DNA of 64,000 nucleotides from an uncultured delta proteobacterium (GTDB lineage Bacteria; Desulfobacterota; Binatia; Binatales; Binataceae): assembly GCA_963724765.1 (NCBI GenBank), contig CAVRVY010000003.1, positions 1,504,001 through 1,568,000 of the forward strand. The letters run 5' to 3'. The notes below the pieces were generated by a model that saw only the letters and a program-made list of their open reading frames with translations, had not been told where the DNA came from and did not search any database. This document shows, one piece after another, positions 19,523 through 29,774 of the stretch (position 1 is the first letter of the stretch; each line of letters starts with the position of its first letter). Made by a program: the position numbers and the translations under genes.

Positions 19523-20745
19523 GCGGAATCCTCTCAGGCCTGCGTGTGGTCGAAGGCTCCGCGTTCGTGGCAGCGCCGCTCGGCGGCATGACGCTCGCTC
19601 AACTCGGCGCCGATGTTATCCGCTTCGACCAGATTGGCGGCGGACTCGACTACCGTCGATGGCCGCTGGCGGCTGACGGCCAGAGCCTTTTCTGGGCCGG
19701 GATGAACAAGGGCAAGCGCTCGATCCAGATCGACGTGCGCACGCCCCAGGGGCGCGAGCTGGTGGCGGCGCTGGTCGCTGCGCCGGGCGAGCAGGGCGGC
19801 ATCTTCCTGACCAATTTTCCTGCCCGCGGATGGCTCGAATACGACGCGCTGCGCAAGCGCCGCGCCGATTTGGTGATGGTCGCGCTCACCGGCAATCCCG
19901 ACGGCACCAGCGAGGTCGATTACACGGTCAATCCCGCGACCGGCTTTCCGTGGGCGACCGGGCCGCGCAATCTCGCTGAGCCGCTCAACAGCATCCTGCC
20001 CGCCTGGGACATCGCGCTCGGCTCGCTTGCGACCGTCGGGCTGCTGGCCGCCGAGCGCCATCGCCGCCTGACCGGCGCCGGGCAACTGGTGAATCTTTCG
20101 CTCTCGGACGTGGCCTTTGCGATGGTCGGGAATCTCGGCCGTATCGCGGAGGCGCAACTCGGCGGTCGCGATCAGCAGAAGGACGGCAACTACCTGTATG
20201 GCGCCTTCGGCCACGACTTCGAGACGCGCGACGGACGGCGCGTGATGGTGGTCGCGCTCACCGCGCGCCAGTGGACCGCGCTGAAGGACGCAACCGGGAT
20301 TGGCGAGGCGTGTTCCAGCGTCGAACATGCGACCGGCCACGACCTCGACACCGAGAGCGGGCGCTTCCAGGCCCGCGACCTGATCGCCGCGCTGCTGCGC
20401 CCGTGGTTCGCCTCGCGCGACCTTGCGGTGATCCGCGAGACCTTTGCCGGCACCAATGTTTCATGGGGTCCCTATCAGACCTTCCGCCAACTGGTTAAGG
20501 AGGACCCGCGTTGCTCGACGGCGAATCCGATATTTGCCGAGGTCGAACATCCGGGCGTCGGCACCTACCTGATGCCCGGTTCGCCGCTGGACTTTTCCGC
20601 CGGATCACGCGTGCCGGTGCGGCGTGCGCCGCTGCTCGGCGAGAACACCGATGAAGTGCTGGCCGACGTGCTGGGGATGAGTTCGCGCGACATCGCGGCG
20701 CTGCACGATAAAGGCGTGGTGGCGGGGCCGAAACTCAAACGCTGA
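19519..20745 (+). CDS. mct: Mesaconyl-CoA C1-C4 CoA transferase-like (family III)
   Basis: GILSGLRVVEGSAFVAAPLGGMTLAQLGADVIRFD, SEVDYTVNP, LPAWD, GNYLYGAFG match my recollection of Chloroflexus Mct. Confidence 0.8.
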   Translation: MSGILSGLRVVEGSAFVAAPLGGMTLAQLGADVIRFDQIGGGLDYRRWPLAADGQSLFWAGMNKGKRSIQIDVRTPQGRELVAALVAAPGEQGGIFLTNFPARGWLEYDALRKRRADLVMVALTGNPDGTSEVDYTVNPATGFPWATGPRNLAEPLNSILPAWDIALGSLATVGLLAAERHRRLTGAGQLVNLSLSDVAFAMVGNLGRIAEAQLGGRDQQKDGNYLYGAFGHDFETRDGRRVMVVALTARQWTALKDATGIGEACSSVEHATGHDLDTESGRFQARDLIAALLRPWFASRDLAVIRETFAGTNVSWGPYQTFRQLVKEDPRCSTANPIFAEVEHPGVGTYLMPGSPLDFSAGSRVPVRRAPLLGENTDEVLADVLGMSSRDIAALHDKGVVAGPKLKR

Positions 20746-20790
20746 GAGATCTGGTGTGGTGCCCGATTCACGAGTTTCGTAAAAGTTTGA

Positions 20791-20828
20791 GTCATCCTTT
20801 GACTCCGGCAGCCTTCGCTCAGGATGAC
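20791..20828. repeat. REP-like palindrome between convergent genes
   Basis: GTCATCCT...AGGATGAC inverted ends; minus strand reads GTCATCCTGAGCGAAGG. Confidence 0.55.
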
Positions 20829-20883
20829 CCGCAGTTTCACGCGGGCCTTGTGCAAAGCAACTAACCAAACTGGTGCGGGCGGC

Positions 20884-22107
20884 TCAAACGATGCCCGCCT
20901 TGCGCAGTCGCGCGATATCAGCGGGCGTGGCGCCGAGCATATCGCGCAGGATTTCGTCAGTGTCCGCACCGAGCATCGGCGGCGCCGAGCGGTAAGAGAG
21001 CGGCGTTGCCGAGTATTTGATCGGATTTGCGACGGAGGGCACCGAGCCGATCGCCGGATGGGGCAGGTCCAGCCTCAGACCACGCGCCTGGACCTGCGGA
21101 TCGGCGAACACGTCCGCGATGGTGTTGATGGGCCCGCATGGAACTCCGACGCGCTCCAACGCGTCGAGCCAATCGCGCATCGTTCGCGTCACGAAAATCG
21201 ACTGCATAATGGCGACCAGCTCGTCGCGATGGTTCACCCGCGACGCGTTGGTCGCAAAGCGCGCGTCGCTCGCGAGGTCGGGGCGCCCAATCACCTCGCA
21301 CATCCGCGCGTACTGGTTCTCGTTGCCCACGGCCACGATGATATGACCGTCACTCGCGCCAAAAACCTGGTAGGGCACGATGTTGGGATGGGCGTTGCCG
21401 AGGCGCTGCGGTGCGGCGCCGGTGACCAGATAATTCATCGCCTGGTTGGCGAGCACCGCCACCTGCGTGTCGAGCAGCGCGAGGTCGATGTGCTGCCCCG
21501 CGCCGGTGCGGTCGCGATGAGCCAGCGCGCCGAGAATCGCGATCGTCGCGTACAGCCCGGTGAAAATGTCGGCCACCGCGACGCCGACTTTTACGGGACC
21601 ACCGCCGGGACGCTGGTCGGGCTCGCCGGTGATGCTCATCAGGCCGCCGATGCCCTGGATCATGAAATCGTAACCGGGCTTATGGCGGTAGGGCCCGGTC
21701 TGGCCGAAGCCGGTGATCGAACAATAGACCACGCCGGGATTGAGCGACTGGAGTGAGGCATAGTCGAGGCCATATTTCGCGAGCCCATCGACCTTGAAAT
21801 TTTCGATCACGACGTCGCTCTTCGCCGCGAGCGCCTGGACCAGTTTCTGGCCTTCGGGATGGATGAAATCGATCGTCACCGAGCGCTTGCCGCGGTTGGT
21901 CGAAAGAAAATACGCCGACTCGCCGCTCGGAGCGCCGTCGCTGGTGCGCGCATACGGCGGAGCGTAGCTGCGGGTGTCGTCGCCGGCGCCGGGCTTTTCC
22001 ACCTTGATGACGCTGGCGCCAAGATCGGCCAGCGTCTGCGCCGCCCACGGCCCGGCGAGCACGCGCGAGAGTTCCAAAACCCGGACATGGCCCAATGGAC
22101 CCGCCAT
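20884..22107 (-). CDS. CaiB/BaiF family CoA-transferase
   Basis: LELSRVLAGP, NRGKRS, GFGQTGP, PGYD, GVAVAD. Confidence 0.9.
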   Translation of the reverse strand: MAGPLGHVRVLELSRVLAGPWAAQTLADLGASVIKVEKPGAGDDTRSYAPPYARTSDGAPSGESAYFLSTNRGKRSVTIDFIHPEGQKLVQALAAKSDVVIENFKVDGLAKYGLDYASLQSLNPGVVYCSITGFGQTGPYRHKPGYDFMIQGIGGLMSITGEPDQRPGGGPVKVGVAVADIFTGLYATIAILGALAHRDRTGAGQHIDLALLDTQVAVLANQAMNYLVTGAAPQRLGNAHPNIVPYQVFGASDGHIIVAVGNENQYARMCEVIGRPDLASDARFATNASRVNHRDELVAIMQSIFVTRTMRDWLDALERVGVPCGPINTIADVFADPQVQARGLRLDLPHPAIGSVPSVANPIKYSATPLSYRSAPPMLGADTDEILRDMLGATPADIARLRKAGIV

Positions 22108-22145
22108 CAGCTACTCCTCTGCCTGTTCAAATCGAGTGCATCGGG

Positions 22146-23835
22146 CTATGACGCCTTCGCCTTGGCCGCCAGCGATGTCTCCCTGATTTTGCTGAGCGTG
22201 GTGCGCGTCGAAATCGCCTCGGGATCGAGCCGCAACTCGATGAGCGCGGCGCGTCCGGACCTGCGCGCGCGCTCGAAGGCGGGCGCGAAATCGGCGGTGC
22301 GTTCGCAAGTCTCGCCGTGCAGTCCGTAGGCGCGAGCGAGCGCCGCGAAATCCGGATTGGTCAACGCGGTGCCACTCACCCGCCCCGGATACTCGCGCTC
22401 CTGATGCATGCGGATCGTGCCGTACATGCCGTTATTGACCACGAAAAAGATCGGCGCGGCGCCGTACTGGATCGCGGTCGCGATCTCCTGGCCGTTCATC
22501 AGGAAGCAGCCGTCGCCCGAGAATGACAGCACGCGTGCGCTCCGGATGCGCGAGCGCCGCGGCCACGCCGGCCGGAACGCCATAGCCCATCGAGCCGCTG
22601 GTCGGCCCCAGTTGCGTACCGAATTCGCGATAGCGCCAGAAGCGATGCACCCAGCCGGCAAAGTTGCCTCCGCCGTTGGCGACGATCGTATCGGGTGGCA
22701 ACTGATCGCGCAGGCTCGAGACGATTTCCGCCAGTTGCAGCGCGCCTGGGTTGGATACCGGCAAGCTGTATTCGAGGTATTCGTTGTGCGCAGCTTCGGT
22801 CGGACGCTGCCCAGGCCGAGGAATCGACCGGCTTAAGCGCCTTGGCCGCGGCCGCGAATTGCACCATGCCGGCGACGATTGGCAACTCCGCCTGGTACAC
22901 GCGGCCGAGTTCTTCCACTCCCATGTGGACGTGCACGAGCGTCTGTTTGGGACGTGGGACGTCGAACAGCGTATAGCCAGAGCTCGACTATCTCGCTCAG
23001 GCGCGAGCCGACGGCGATGACCAGGTCCGCCTCACGAACGCGCTCCGCCAGCTTCGGACTTGGTCCGATTGCCGAGATCGCCGGCGTAGCAGGGATGGAG
23101 ATTGTCGATGCGGTCCTGGCGGCGAAACGTGCTGGCGGTTGCGAGCCGGTTAGCCTGCGCAAACGCGGTGATGTCGCCGACCGCTTGCGCCGTCCAGGTG
23201 CTGCCGCCAAGCAGCATGATCGGCCGCTGCGAAGCCGCCAGCATCTCGCGCAGCCGCGCCATCGCGGCCGCATCCGGACTGGCCTGCACTGCCCGGTAGG
23301 GCCCCGCGTCGACCACCACTGCAGGCTCGCGCAGCATGTCTTCGGGCAGCGCGATCACCACTGGTCCGGGCCGTCCAGAAGTCGCGAGCGTAAACGCGCG
23401 GGCCAGCAGTTCAGGGATGCGGCCCGGATCGTCGATCCGCACCACCCACTTGGCCATCTGGCCGTACATCCGCTCGAAATCGAGTTCCTGGAACGCTCCG
23501 CGCTCGAGGAAGGGGCGCGCAACCTGGCCGATGAAGAGAATCATCGGCGTCGAATCCTGGTAAGCGGTGTGCACGCCCACGCTCGCGTTGGTCGCGCCGG
23601 GGCCGCGCGTCACCAAGCAGATGCCCGGACGGCCGGTGAGTTTGCCGTAGGCGTCGGCCATGTAGGCCGCGCCGCCTTCCTGCCGGCATACGATCAGGCG
23701 GACTTGCTCGCGCGTGTCATAGAGCGCGTCGAGCACGGCAAGATAACTCTCGCCCGGCACACAGTAGGCGGTGTCGACGCCGTGGATGATGAGCTGATCG
23801 ACCAGGATTTGCGCGCCGGTGCGCGGTCGTGTCAT
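22146..23835 (-). pseudogene. TPP-dependent acetolactate synthase-like gene split by four +1 frameshifts (pseudogene or sequence error)
   Basis: VPGESYL, TRGPGATN, GSMGYG and SGDGCFLMNGQE...NNGMYG lie in successive frames; extra bases near 23070, 22989, 22802, 22533. Confidence 0.85.
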
Positions 23836-24068
23836 GCGCCTGTCCACGATAATCGATATCGGATTATTGCCAGGCTTGTTGCCAAGCTTATGGCCAAGCT
23901 TATGGTCAGTTTTGTTGTCAGCCATGGTCGTGACCTTTCCCGTGACGCTTTCATTGACCGCAGTATCGCGGTCCAGCGCGCCGGCCCGGTGCTCTCGGGA
24001 ACTATACCTATCCCTTCTACTTGCCCGCCATGCTATCTTCAGATGGGTACGCTTTGAACAGAGTCGGC

Positions 24069-25220
24069 ATGCGAGCTGAGCCCTCAGCGCTCCGCTCCTC
24101 ACAGCTTTCCTTCGGCCGCGCCGCGGGCGACACTTTGGTGCTCGCGCTGGCCGGCGATTGGCATCTCAGGCGAGGGTTCACCTCGGGCGCGGCGCTGGAG
24201 CGCGAGCTCATGCGGCCTCCCGTAGCACGACGCGTCGCATTCGACGCCGCGGGATTGGGTGAGTGGGATAGCAGCCTTGTCGCTTTCGTCGCGGAGGTCC
24301 TGGAACTTTGTCACACGCGTGACCTGGCGGTCGATCCGGCGGGTCTTCCCAGCGGACTCAGGCGGCTGGTCGAACTGGCCGAAACCGTTCCCGAAACCAA
24401 GGACGCTCGCTTCGTTGCGGCTCGTAAGCCGCTGGTCGAACGGGTAGGCGCCGCGACCATCGCCTACGCCGAATCGATCGGCGGGTTCGTGGCGTTCCTC
24501 GGGGGGGTGACGATCGCGCTTGGCCGGTTCATGGTCGGCCGCGCGCGTTACCGGCGCGTTGATCTGATGGTCGCGATCCAGGATTGCGGCGCCAATGCTT
24601 TCGGGATTGTCACGCTCATCAGTTTCCTGGTCGGCACCATCCTCGCCTTCATGGGCGCCGTGCAGCTCGAGCAATTCGGCGCGTCAATCTTCGTCGCCGA
24701 CCTGGTCGGCATCGGCATGGCGCGTGACATGGGCGCGATGATGACCGCGATCATCATGGCGGGCCGCACCGGCGCCGCGTTCGCGGCGCAGCTTGGCACG
24801 ATGAAGGTGACGCAGGAGATCGACGCGCTCAGCACGATGGGCATTTCGCCGATGGAATTCCTGGTGTTGCCGCGGGTGCTCGCGCTCATCCTGATGATGC
24901 CGCTTTTGTGCTTCTACTCCGACCTGATGGGCGTGCTGGGCGGCGCGGCGGTTGGATCGGGGGTGTTGGGGCTCTCGTTTACGACATACTTCAGGGAGAC
25001 TTTGCACGCGGTCACGCTGAGCGACATTCTCGGCGGGGTGTTCAAGAGTTCCGTGTACGGAGTGATCATCGCGATCTCGGGATGCCTGCGCGGCTTCCAG
25101 TGCGGCAACAGCTCATCCGCGGTTGGCGATGCGGCGACCTCGGCGGTGGTGACCGGGATCGTCTTTATCGTGGTCGCGTGCGGAGCCTTCGCGCTGGTCT
25201 TCAACATCATAGGAATCTGA
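24069..25220 (+). CDS. mlaE: MlaE-family ABC permease with N-terminal STAS-like domain
   Basis: WDSSLVA, AGRTGAAFAAQLGTMKVTQEIDAL, SSAVGDAATSAVV. Confidence 0.9.
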   Translation: MRAEPSALRSSQLSFGRAAGDTLVLALAGDWHLRRGFTSGAALERELMRPPVARRVAFDAAGLGEWDSSLVAFVAEVLELCHTRDLAVDPAGLPSGLRRLVELAETVPETKDARFVAARKPLVERVGAATIAYAESIGGFVAFLGGVTIALGRFMVGRARYRRVDLMVAIQDCGANAFGIVTLISFLVGTILAFMGAVQLEQFGASIFVADLVGIGMARDMGAMMTAIIMAGRTGAAFAAQLGTMKVTQEIDALSTMGISPMEFLVLPRVLALILMMPLLCFYSDLMGVLGGAAVGSGVLGLSFTTYFRETLHAVTLSDILGGVFKSSVYGVIIAISGCLRGFQCGNSSSAVGDAATSAVVTGIVFIVVACGAFALVFNIIGI

Positions 25221-25235
25221 ATCGAGAAGTTTGAG

Positions 25236-25267
25236 CTGAGCGGTAATTTGACTGAGCGGTAATTTGA
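25236..25267. repeat. Perfect 16-bp tandem duplication between mlaE and mlaF
   Basis: CTGAGCGGTAATTTGA x2. Confidence 0.85.
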
Positions 25268-25271
25268 ATTG

Positions 25272-26081
25272 ATGAGCGAATCCACGGCAGCAGTAACGGG
25301 CGCGACTTTGCCGGCCGAACGGCCGGTGCGCATCACCGTGCGCGACCTGACGATGGCGTTTGGCAGCTTCGTCGTGATGCGGGACCTGAACTTCACGGTT
25401 CGCCGCGGCGACGTCTTTATCATCATGGGCGGCAGCGGATGCGGCAAGAGTACGCTGCTGCGCCACATGATCGGATTGCTCGAACCCGCGGCCGGCGAGA
25501 TTTGCTACGGCGATTTCAACTTTACCAAGGCCGGCCCGCAGGAGCGCGAGCGGATGCTGCGCCGGTTCGGCGTGCTCTACCAGACGGGCGCGCTGTGGGG
25601 CTCGATGACGCTGGCGGAAAACGTCGGTCTGCCATTGGAGGAATTCACCGATCTGTCGGGGCGGGAGATCCGCCAGATCGCGGCGCTCAAGCTTGCGCTG
25701 GTCGGGCTCAAGGGCTTCGAGGATTTCTACCCGAACCAGATAAGCGGCGGGATGCAGAAGCGGGCCGGGCTCGCGCGCGCGATGGCGCTCGATCCGGAGA
25801 TCCTGTTCTGCGACGAGCCGTCGTCGGGATTGGATCCGCTGAGCTCGCGCCTGCTCGACAACCTGATTCTCGACCTGCGCGACAATCTCGGCGCGACCGT
25901 GGTGGTGGTCTCGCACGAGCTGGCGAGCATCTTCGCGATTGGCGACAACAGCATCTTCATGGACGGGGAATCGCGAACCATGATTGCGAGCGGAGACCCC
26001 AAGGAGCTGCTGGCGCACTGCGCCGATCCGCGCGTGCATCGCTTCCTGACCCGCGACGAGGAACAACGCCGGACGGCGTAA
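25272..26081 (+). CDS. mlaF: MlaF-family ABC ATPase
   Basis: GGSGCGKS, ISGGMQKRAGLARA, FCDEPSSGLDP. Confidence 0.9.
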   Translation: MSESTAAVTGATLPAERPVRITVRDLTMAFGSFVVMRDLNFTVRRGDVFIIMGGSGCGKSTLLRHMIGLLEPAAGEICYGDFNFTKAGPQERERMLRRFGVLYQTGALWGSMTLAENVGLPLEEFTDLSGREIRQIAALKLALVGLKGFEDFYPNQISGGMQKRAGLARAMALDPEILFCDEPSSGLDPLSSRLLDNLILDLRDNLGATVVVVSHELASIFAIGDNSIFMDGESRTMIASGDPKELLAHCADPRVHRFLTRDEEQRRTA

Positions 26082-26086
26082 CGACG

Positions 26087-27070
26087 ATGGGAAAAAAAAT
26101 CAGCCCGACGCTGGTTGGAACCTTCGTGCTGGGCGCGCTCACCCTGGCGATCGCCGCCGTCATAATCCTCGGCTCCGGCCGCCTCTTCACGCACCAACAT
26201 CTGTTCGTGCTGTACTTCGCCAGCGACGTGAACGGTCTCAAGGTGGGTGCGCCGGTGAAGTTCCGTGGCGTGGAGATCGGTTCGGTTACCGCCATCCTGT
26301 TGAGTGTTGGGACCCCTCGTCAAAACGAGAACGCCGAGAACGCGGCCGATCAGTTCCGAATTCCGGTCATCATCGACCTCGAGACCGAAAAGCTAATCAA
26401 GCGCGGCGTGACCGCGAACCTGGACCAGCCGGATAGGGTCGCACAGGCAGTCAAAAGAGGCCTGCGCGCGCAGCTCAACGTGGAAAGCCTGGTAACCGGG
26501 CTGCTTTACGTCGACCTCGACTTTCGCCCCGACATGCCGGCGACATACTATATGGGCGCCGATTCGCCTTACCCTGAGATTCCGACCGCTCCAACCAAGC
26601 TCGAGCAGGCGGCGACCACACTTTCGAAGATGATGACCCAGCTCGAGAAGATTAATTTCGACGAGCTGATCAGATCGCTGACCAACACCGCGATCGCAAT
26701 AACCGCCCTGGCGAATTCGCCGAAGATCCAGACCGCGGTGAATTCGCTGAACCTCGCCGCGCGCAGCATGGGACAGGCCTCCGCCAGCGTGAATCGCCTG
26801 GCCGCCAGCCTCGATCGTGAGATCGGGCCAATGGGCGACGCCCTGCGCCTCACCACCGAACAAACCCGCGCCACGCTCAAGCAAACCCAGGAGACGCTGG
26901 CCGCCGTTCAAATGACGCTCGGGCCGAATGCGCCGCTCAACTATGAACTCGCGCAGACGCTGGAGCAGACCTCCTCGGCCGCGCGCTCGCTGCGCGAACT
27001 TTCCGACTACCTGCGGCGCAACCCCAGCTCGGTAGTGCGCGGGCGTTACACATCGGATCAGGGCAAGTGA
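26087..27070 (+). CDS. mlaD: MlaD/MCE domain protein
   Basis: N-terminal TM, GLKVGAPVKFRGVEIGSV, SLVTGLLYV, helical C-terminus. Confidence 0.88.
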   Translation: MGKKISPTLVGTFVLGALTLAIAAVIILGSGRLFTHQHLFVLYFASDVNGLKVGAPVKFRGVEIGSVTAILLSVGTPRQNENAENAADQFRIPVIIDLETEKLIKRGVTANLDQPDRVAQAVKRGLRAQLNVESLVTGLLYVDLDFRPDMPATYYMGADSPYPEIPTAPTKLEQAATTLSKMMTQLEKINFDELIRSLTNTAIAITALANSPKIQTAVNSLNLAARSMGQASASVNRLAASLDREIGPMGDALRLTTEQTRATLKQTQETLAAVQMTLGPNAPLNYELAQTLEQTSSAARSLRELSDYLRRNPSSVVRGRYTSDQGK

Positions 27071-27717
27071 TGCGCCGGCCTCCGTCAGCGACCGTCGCGG
27101 CGGCTATCCTAGGGGCGTTGGCCGGCTTGTTGGTCGCTGGCGGATGCTTTTCGCCGCGGCCGGATTCGTCGAAGTTCTTCGTGCTCGCACCGGTCGGAGC
27201 GGCGGCGGCCAATTCGATGGCGCCTGCCGGACTGGCCGCTTCCTCCGGTTCGACGGTTGGGATTGGCCCGATCAAGCTGCCCGAATATCTCGACCGCGAC
27301 GAGGTGGTGACGCGGGTGGGGCCGAACCGGCTCAAACTGTCCGACAAGGATCAGTGGGCCGAACCGCTCGACAACAATTTCAAGCAGGTTTTCGCGCAAG
27401 ACCTGACGCAGTCGCTGGGTACTCATTCGATCACCTTTTACCCGTGGCCCGGAACCACCCGCGTTGCTTACCAGGTACGCATCGACGTCTATCGCTTCGA
27501 GACCGATCTCAGCGCTAATGCCCAACTCGTCGCGCACTGGCAGGTGCTCGACGGATCCGGCAAGCTGCTGTACGCCAGCGATTCCAACCTTAGCGAGCAG
27601 ACCCAGCCGGGCGAGTCGGTCGCGGCCGCTCTGAGCCGGACCGTGGATGGCCTTGCGCGTCAGATCGCGTCCGCGATTCAGTCGCTACCAAACCCCAGAC
27701 AAGCTGGGCAAGTGTAA
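27067..27717 (+). CDS. PqiC-like ABC auxiliary lipoprotein
   Basis: Lipobox-like AGGC, LPEYLDR, WAEPLD. Confidence 0.82.
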   Translation: MMRRPPSATVAAAILGALAGLLVAGGCFSPRPDSSKFFVLAPVGAAAANSMAPAGLAASSGSTVGIGPIKLPEYLDRDEVVTRVGPNRLKLSDKDQWAEPLDNNFKQVFAQDLTQSLGTHSITFYPWPGTTRVAYQVRIDVYRFETDLSANAQLVAHWQVLDGSGKLLYASDSNLSEQTQPGESVAAALSRTVDGLARQIASAIQSLPNPRQAGQV

Positions 27718-27885
27718 CCTGGGACACACGATTACGCGGCGCAGGTGACTTGCCTCCGAACTCGCGTTGATGGAGTATCATCATCTGAGTTCGGCTTCCT
27801 TCAGATTTTCAATAGATTTGCTTGCTAAAACGGTTTAATCTGCCCGCAAAACCCGAAAACGGGGTCACTTCGGACAGATAAAGCA

Positions 27886-29673
27886 TTGGGTTGGGATATT
27901 TTGCACAACACGACGACCGCAGGAAGAAAGAACTTTCTGGTCGAGCTGATCAAGCCTTCGCACTACGACGACCAGGGCTACATAATTCAATGGTGGCGCG
28001 GCTTCATCCCGTCGAACTCACTTTCATGCCTGTACGGGCTCGCGCTCGACGTGAGTGAGCGGCGGGCGCTGGGCGGCGATGTCGAAATCGATATCGAGGT
28101 CCGCGACGAGACCAACGTCTTCATCCCGATAAAGAAGATTATCCAGCGCTTCGCGGAGAATGGGAACTGCGGACTCGTATGCCTGGTCGGAGTGCAGACC
28201 AACCAGTTCGCGCGCGCGGTCGATATCGCGCGTGAGTTGCGCGCGGCGGGAATCCAGGTCGCGATCGGCGGCTTTCATGTGAGCGGTTGCCTTGCGATGC
28301 TTCCCGAGTTGACACCCGAACTCAAGGAAGCGCAGGCGCTCGGCATTACGCTCTTCGCGGGCGAGGCCGAGGGGCGGCTGGAGGAGATTTTCCGCGCCGC
28401 CTACGAGCATCGTCTTGCGCCGCTATACAATTTCATGAAAGACATGCCGGACCTCGAGAATCGGCCCCTGCCGTTCCTGCCGGAGCGCTACGTTGCGCGC
28501 TATGCGGGAAAGCTTGGATGTTTCGACGCCGGGCGCGGCTGCCCTTATGCCTGCAGCTTCTGCAGCATCATCAATGTGCAGGGTCGCAAATCCCGCTACC
28601 GGACCGCCGATGACATCGAGCGCATGATTCGCGCCGGTTATGCGCAGGGAGTGCGCAGCTATTTCATTACCGACGACGATTTCGCCCGCAACAGGAACTG
28701 GGAAGCCATCCTCGATCGCATCATCGAGCTCAGGGAAAAAGACGGCTTCAAGATCAACATCATCATGCAGGTCGATACGGTCAGCTATAAAATTCCCAAT
28801 TTCGTGAAGAAAGCGGCGGCCGCGGGTTGCCGCAAAGTTTTCATCGGGCTGGAGAATATCAATCCCGACAGCCTCAAGGGCGCTTCAAAAGGCCAGAACC
28901 ACATCAGCGAATACCGCACCATGTTGCAGGCCTGGCGCAATGTCAGGGTGCTCACCTACGCAGGCTATATTCTCGGCTTCCCGGCCGACACGCCCGAGAG
29001 CATCGCGCGCGACATCGGCATCATCCAGCGCGAATTGCCGATCGACATCATGGAATTCTTCATGCTCACCCCGGGGCCCGGCTCCCAGGATCACCAGGAG
29101 TTGTACCTTAAAGGCGTCGCGATGTCCGCTGATACCAACCAATATGATTCCGAGCACGCGGTGACGGCGCATGCGCGGATGACGGCCGAGGAGTGGGAGG
29201 GTATCTACAAAAAAGCCTGGCATCTCTACTATTCGCCCCAGCACGTTGAAACCCTGCTCAGGCGCGCCGCGGCAACCAAGCTCAACACCGGCCGTGTCGC
29301 CTCGATGATCTTTTATTTCTACGCGAGCCACGCCTTCGAGGGCGTGCATCCACTGCAGTCCGGAGTGTTCCGGCGCAAACGCCGCTCGCAGCGCCGTCCG
29401 GGCCTTCCTCGTGAAAGCGCGATGATTTTTTATCCGCGGCGAATCGTCGAGATTTTCGGCACCTACATTCCGGCGCTATCGTACCTGGCCCGGCTGGAAC
29501 TGCTGCGCTGGCGAATCCGGCGCGATCCCGAGGCGAAGAACTATAGCGACATCGCGATCTCGCCGGCCGCGCAGGATGACAATAACCTTTTTGAGTTGTA
29601 TCGCCGTCCCGACGCAGGGCAAGCGCCCGGCAACGCCGCCCGAAATCCGCTACCGGAATCCGCTGCTCTCTGA
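27886..29673 (+). CDS. B12-binding-domain radical SAM protein
   Basis: IGGFHVSG and GEAE in N-terminal domain; GRGCPYACSFC; DDDF; IGLEN. Confidence 0.85.
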   Translation: MGWDILHNTTTAGRKNFLVELIKPSHYDDQGYIIQWWRGFIPSNSLSCLYGLALDVSERRALGGDVEIDIEVRDETNVFIPIKKIIQRFAENGNCGLVCLVGVQTNQFARAVDIARELRAAGIQVAIGGFHVSGCLAMLPELTPELKEAQALGITLFAGEAEGRLEEIFRAAYEHRLAPLYNFMKDMPDLENRPLPFLPERYVARYAGKLGCFDAGRGCPYACSFCSIINVQGRKSRYRTADDIERMIRAGYAQGVRSYFITDDDFARNRNWEAILDRIIELREKDGFKINIIMQVDTVSYKIPNFVKKAAAAGCRKVFIGLENINPDSLKGASKGQNHISEYRTMLQAWRNVRVLTYAGYILGFPADTPESIARDIGIIQRELPIDIMEFFMLTPGPGSQDHQELYLKGVAMSADTNQYDSEHAVTAHARMTAEEWEGIYKKAWHLYYSPQHVETLLRRAAATKLNTGRVASMIFYFYASHAFEGVHPLQSGVFRRKRRSQRRPGLPRESAMIFYPRRIVEIFGTYIPALSYLARLELLRWRIRRDPEAKNYSDIAISPAAQDDNNLFELYRRPDAGQAPGNAARNPLPESAAL

Positions 29674-29774
29674 TAAGAGGCAACTGCAAGATATCCGGGA
29701 CGGTCCCGGCTAAGGTTTCGGTGGAAGCCAAACGTTGCGACCGCTGACCGCACAACATTGGGGGTCGATACATC

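Noticed and set aside
22500-23100. Programmed frameshifting or phase variation in the TPP enzyme gene
   Set aside because: No slippery sequences or long homopolymers at the four sites, and four serial shifts are implausible.
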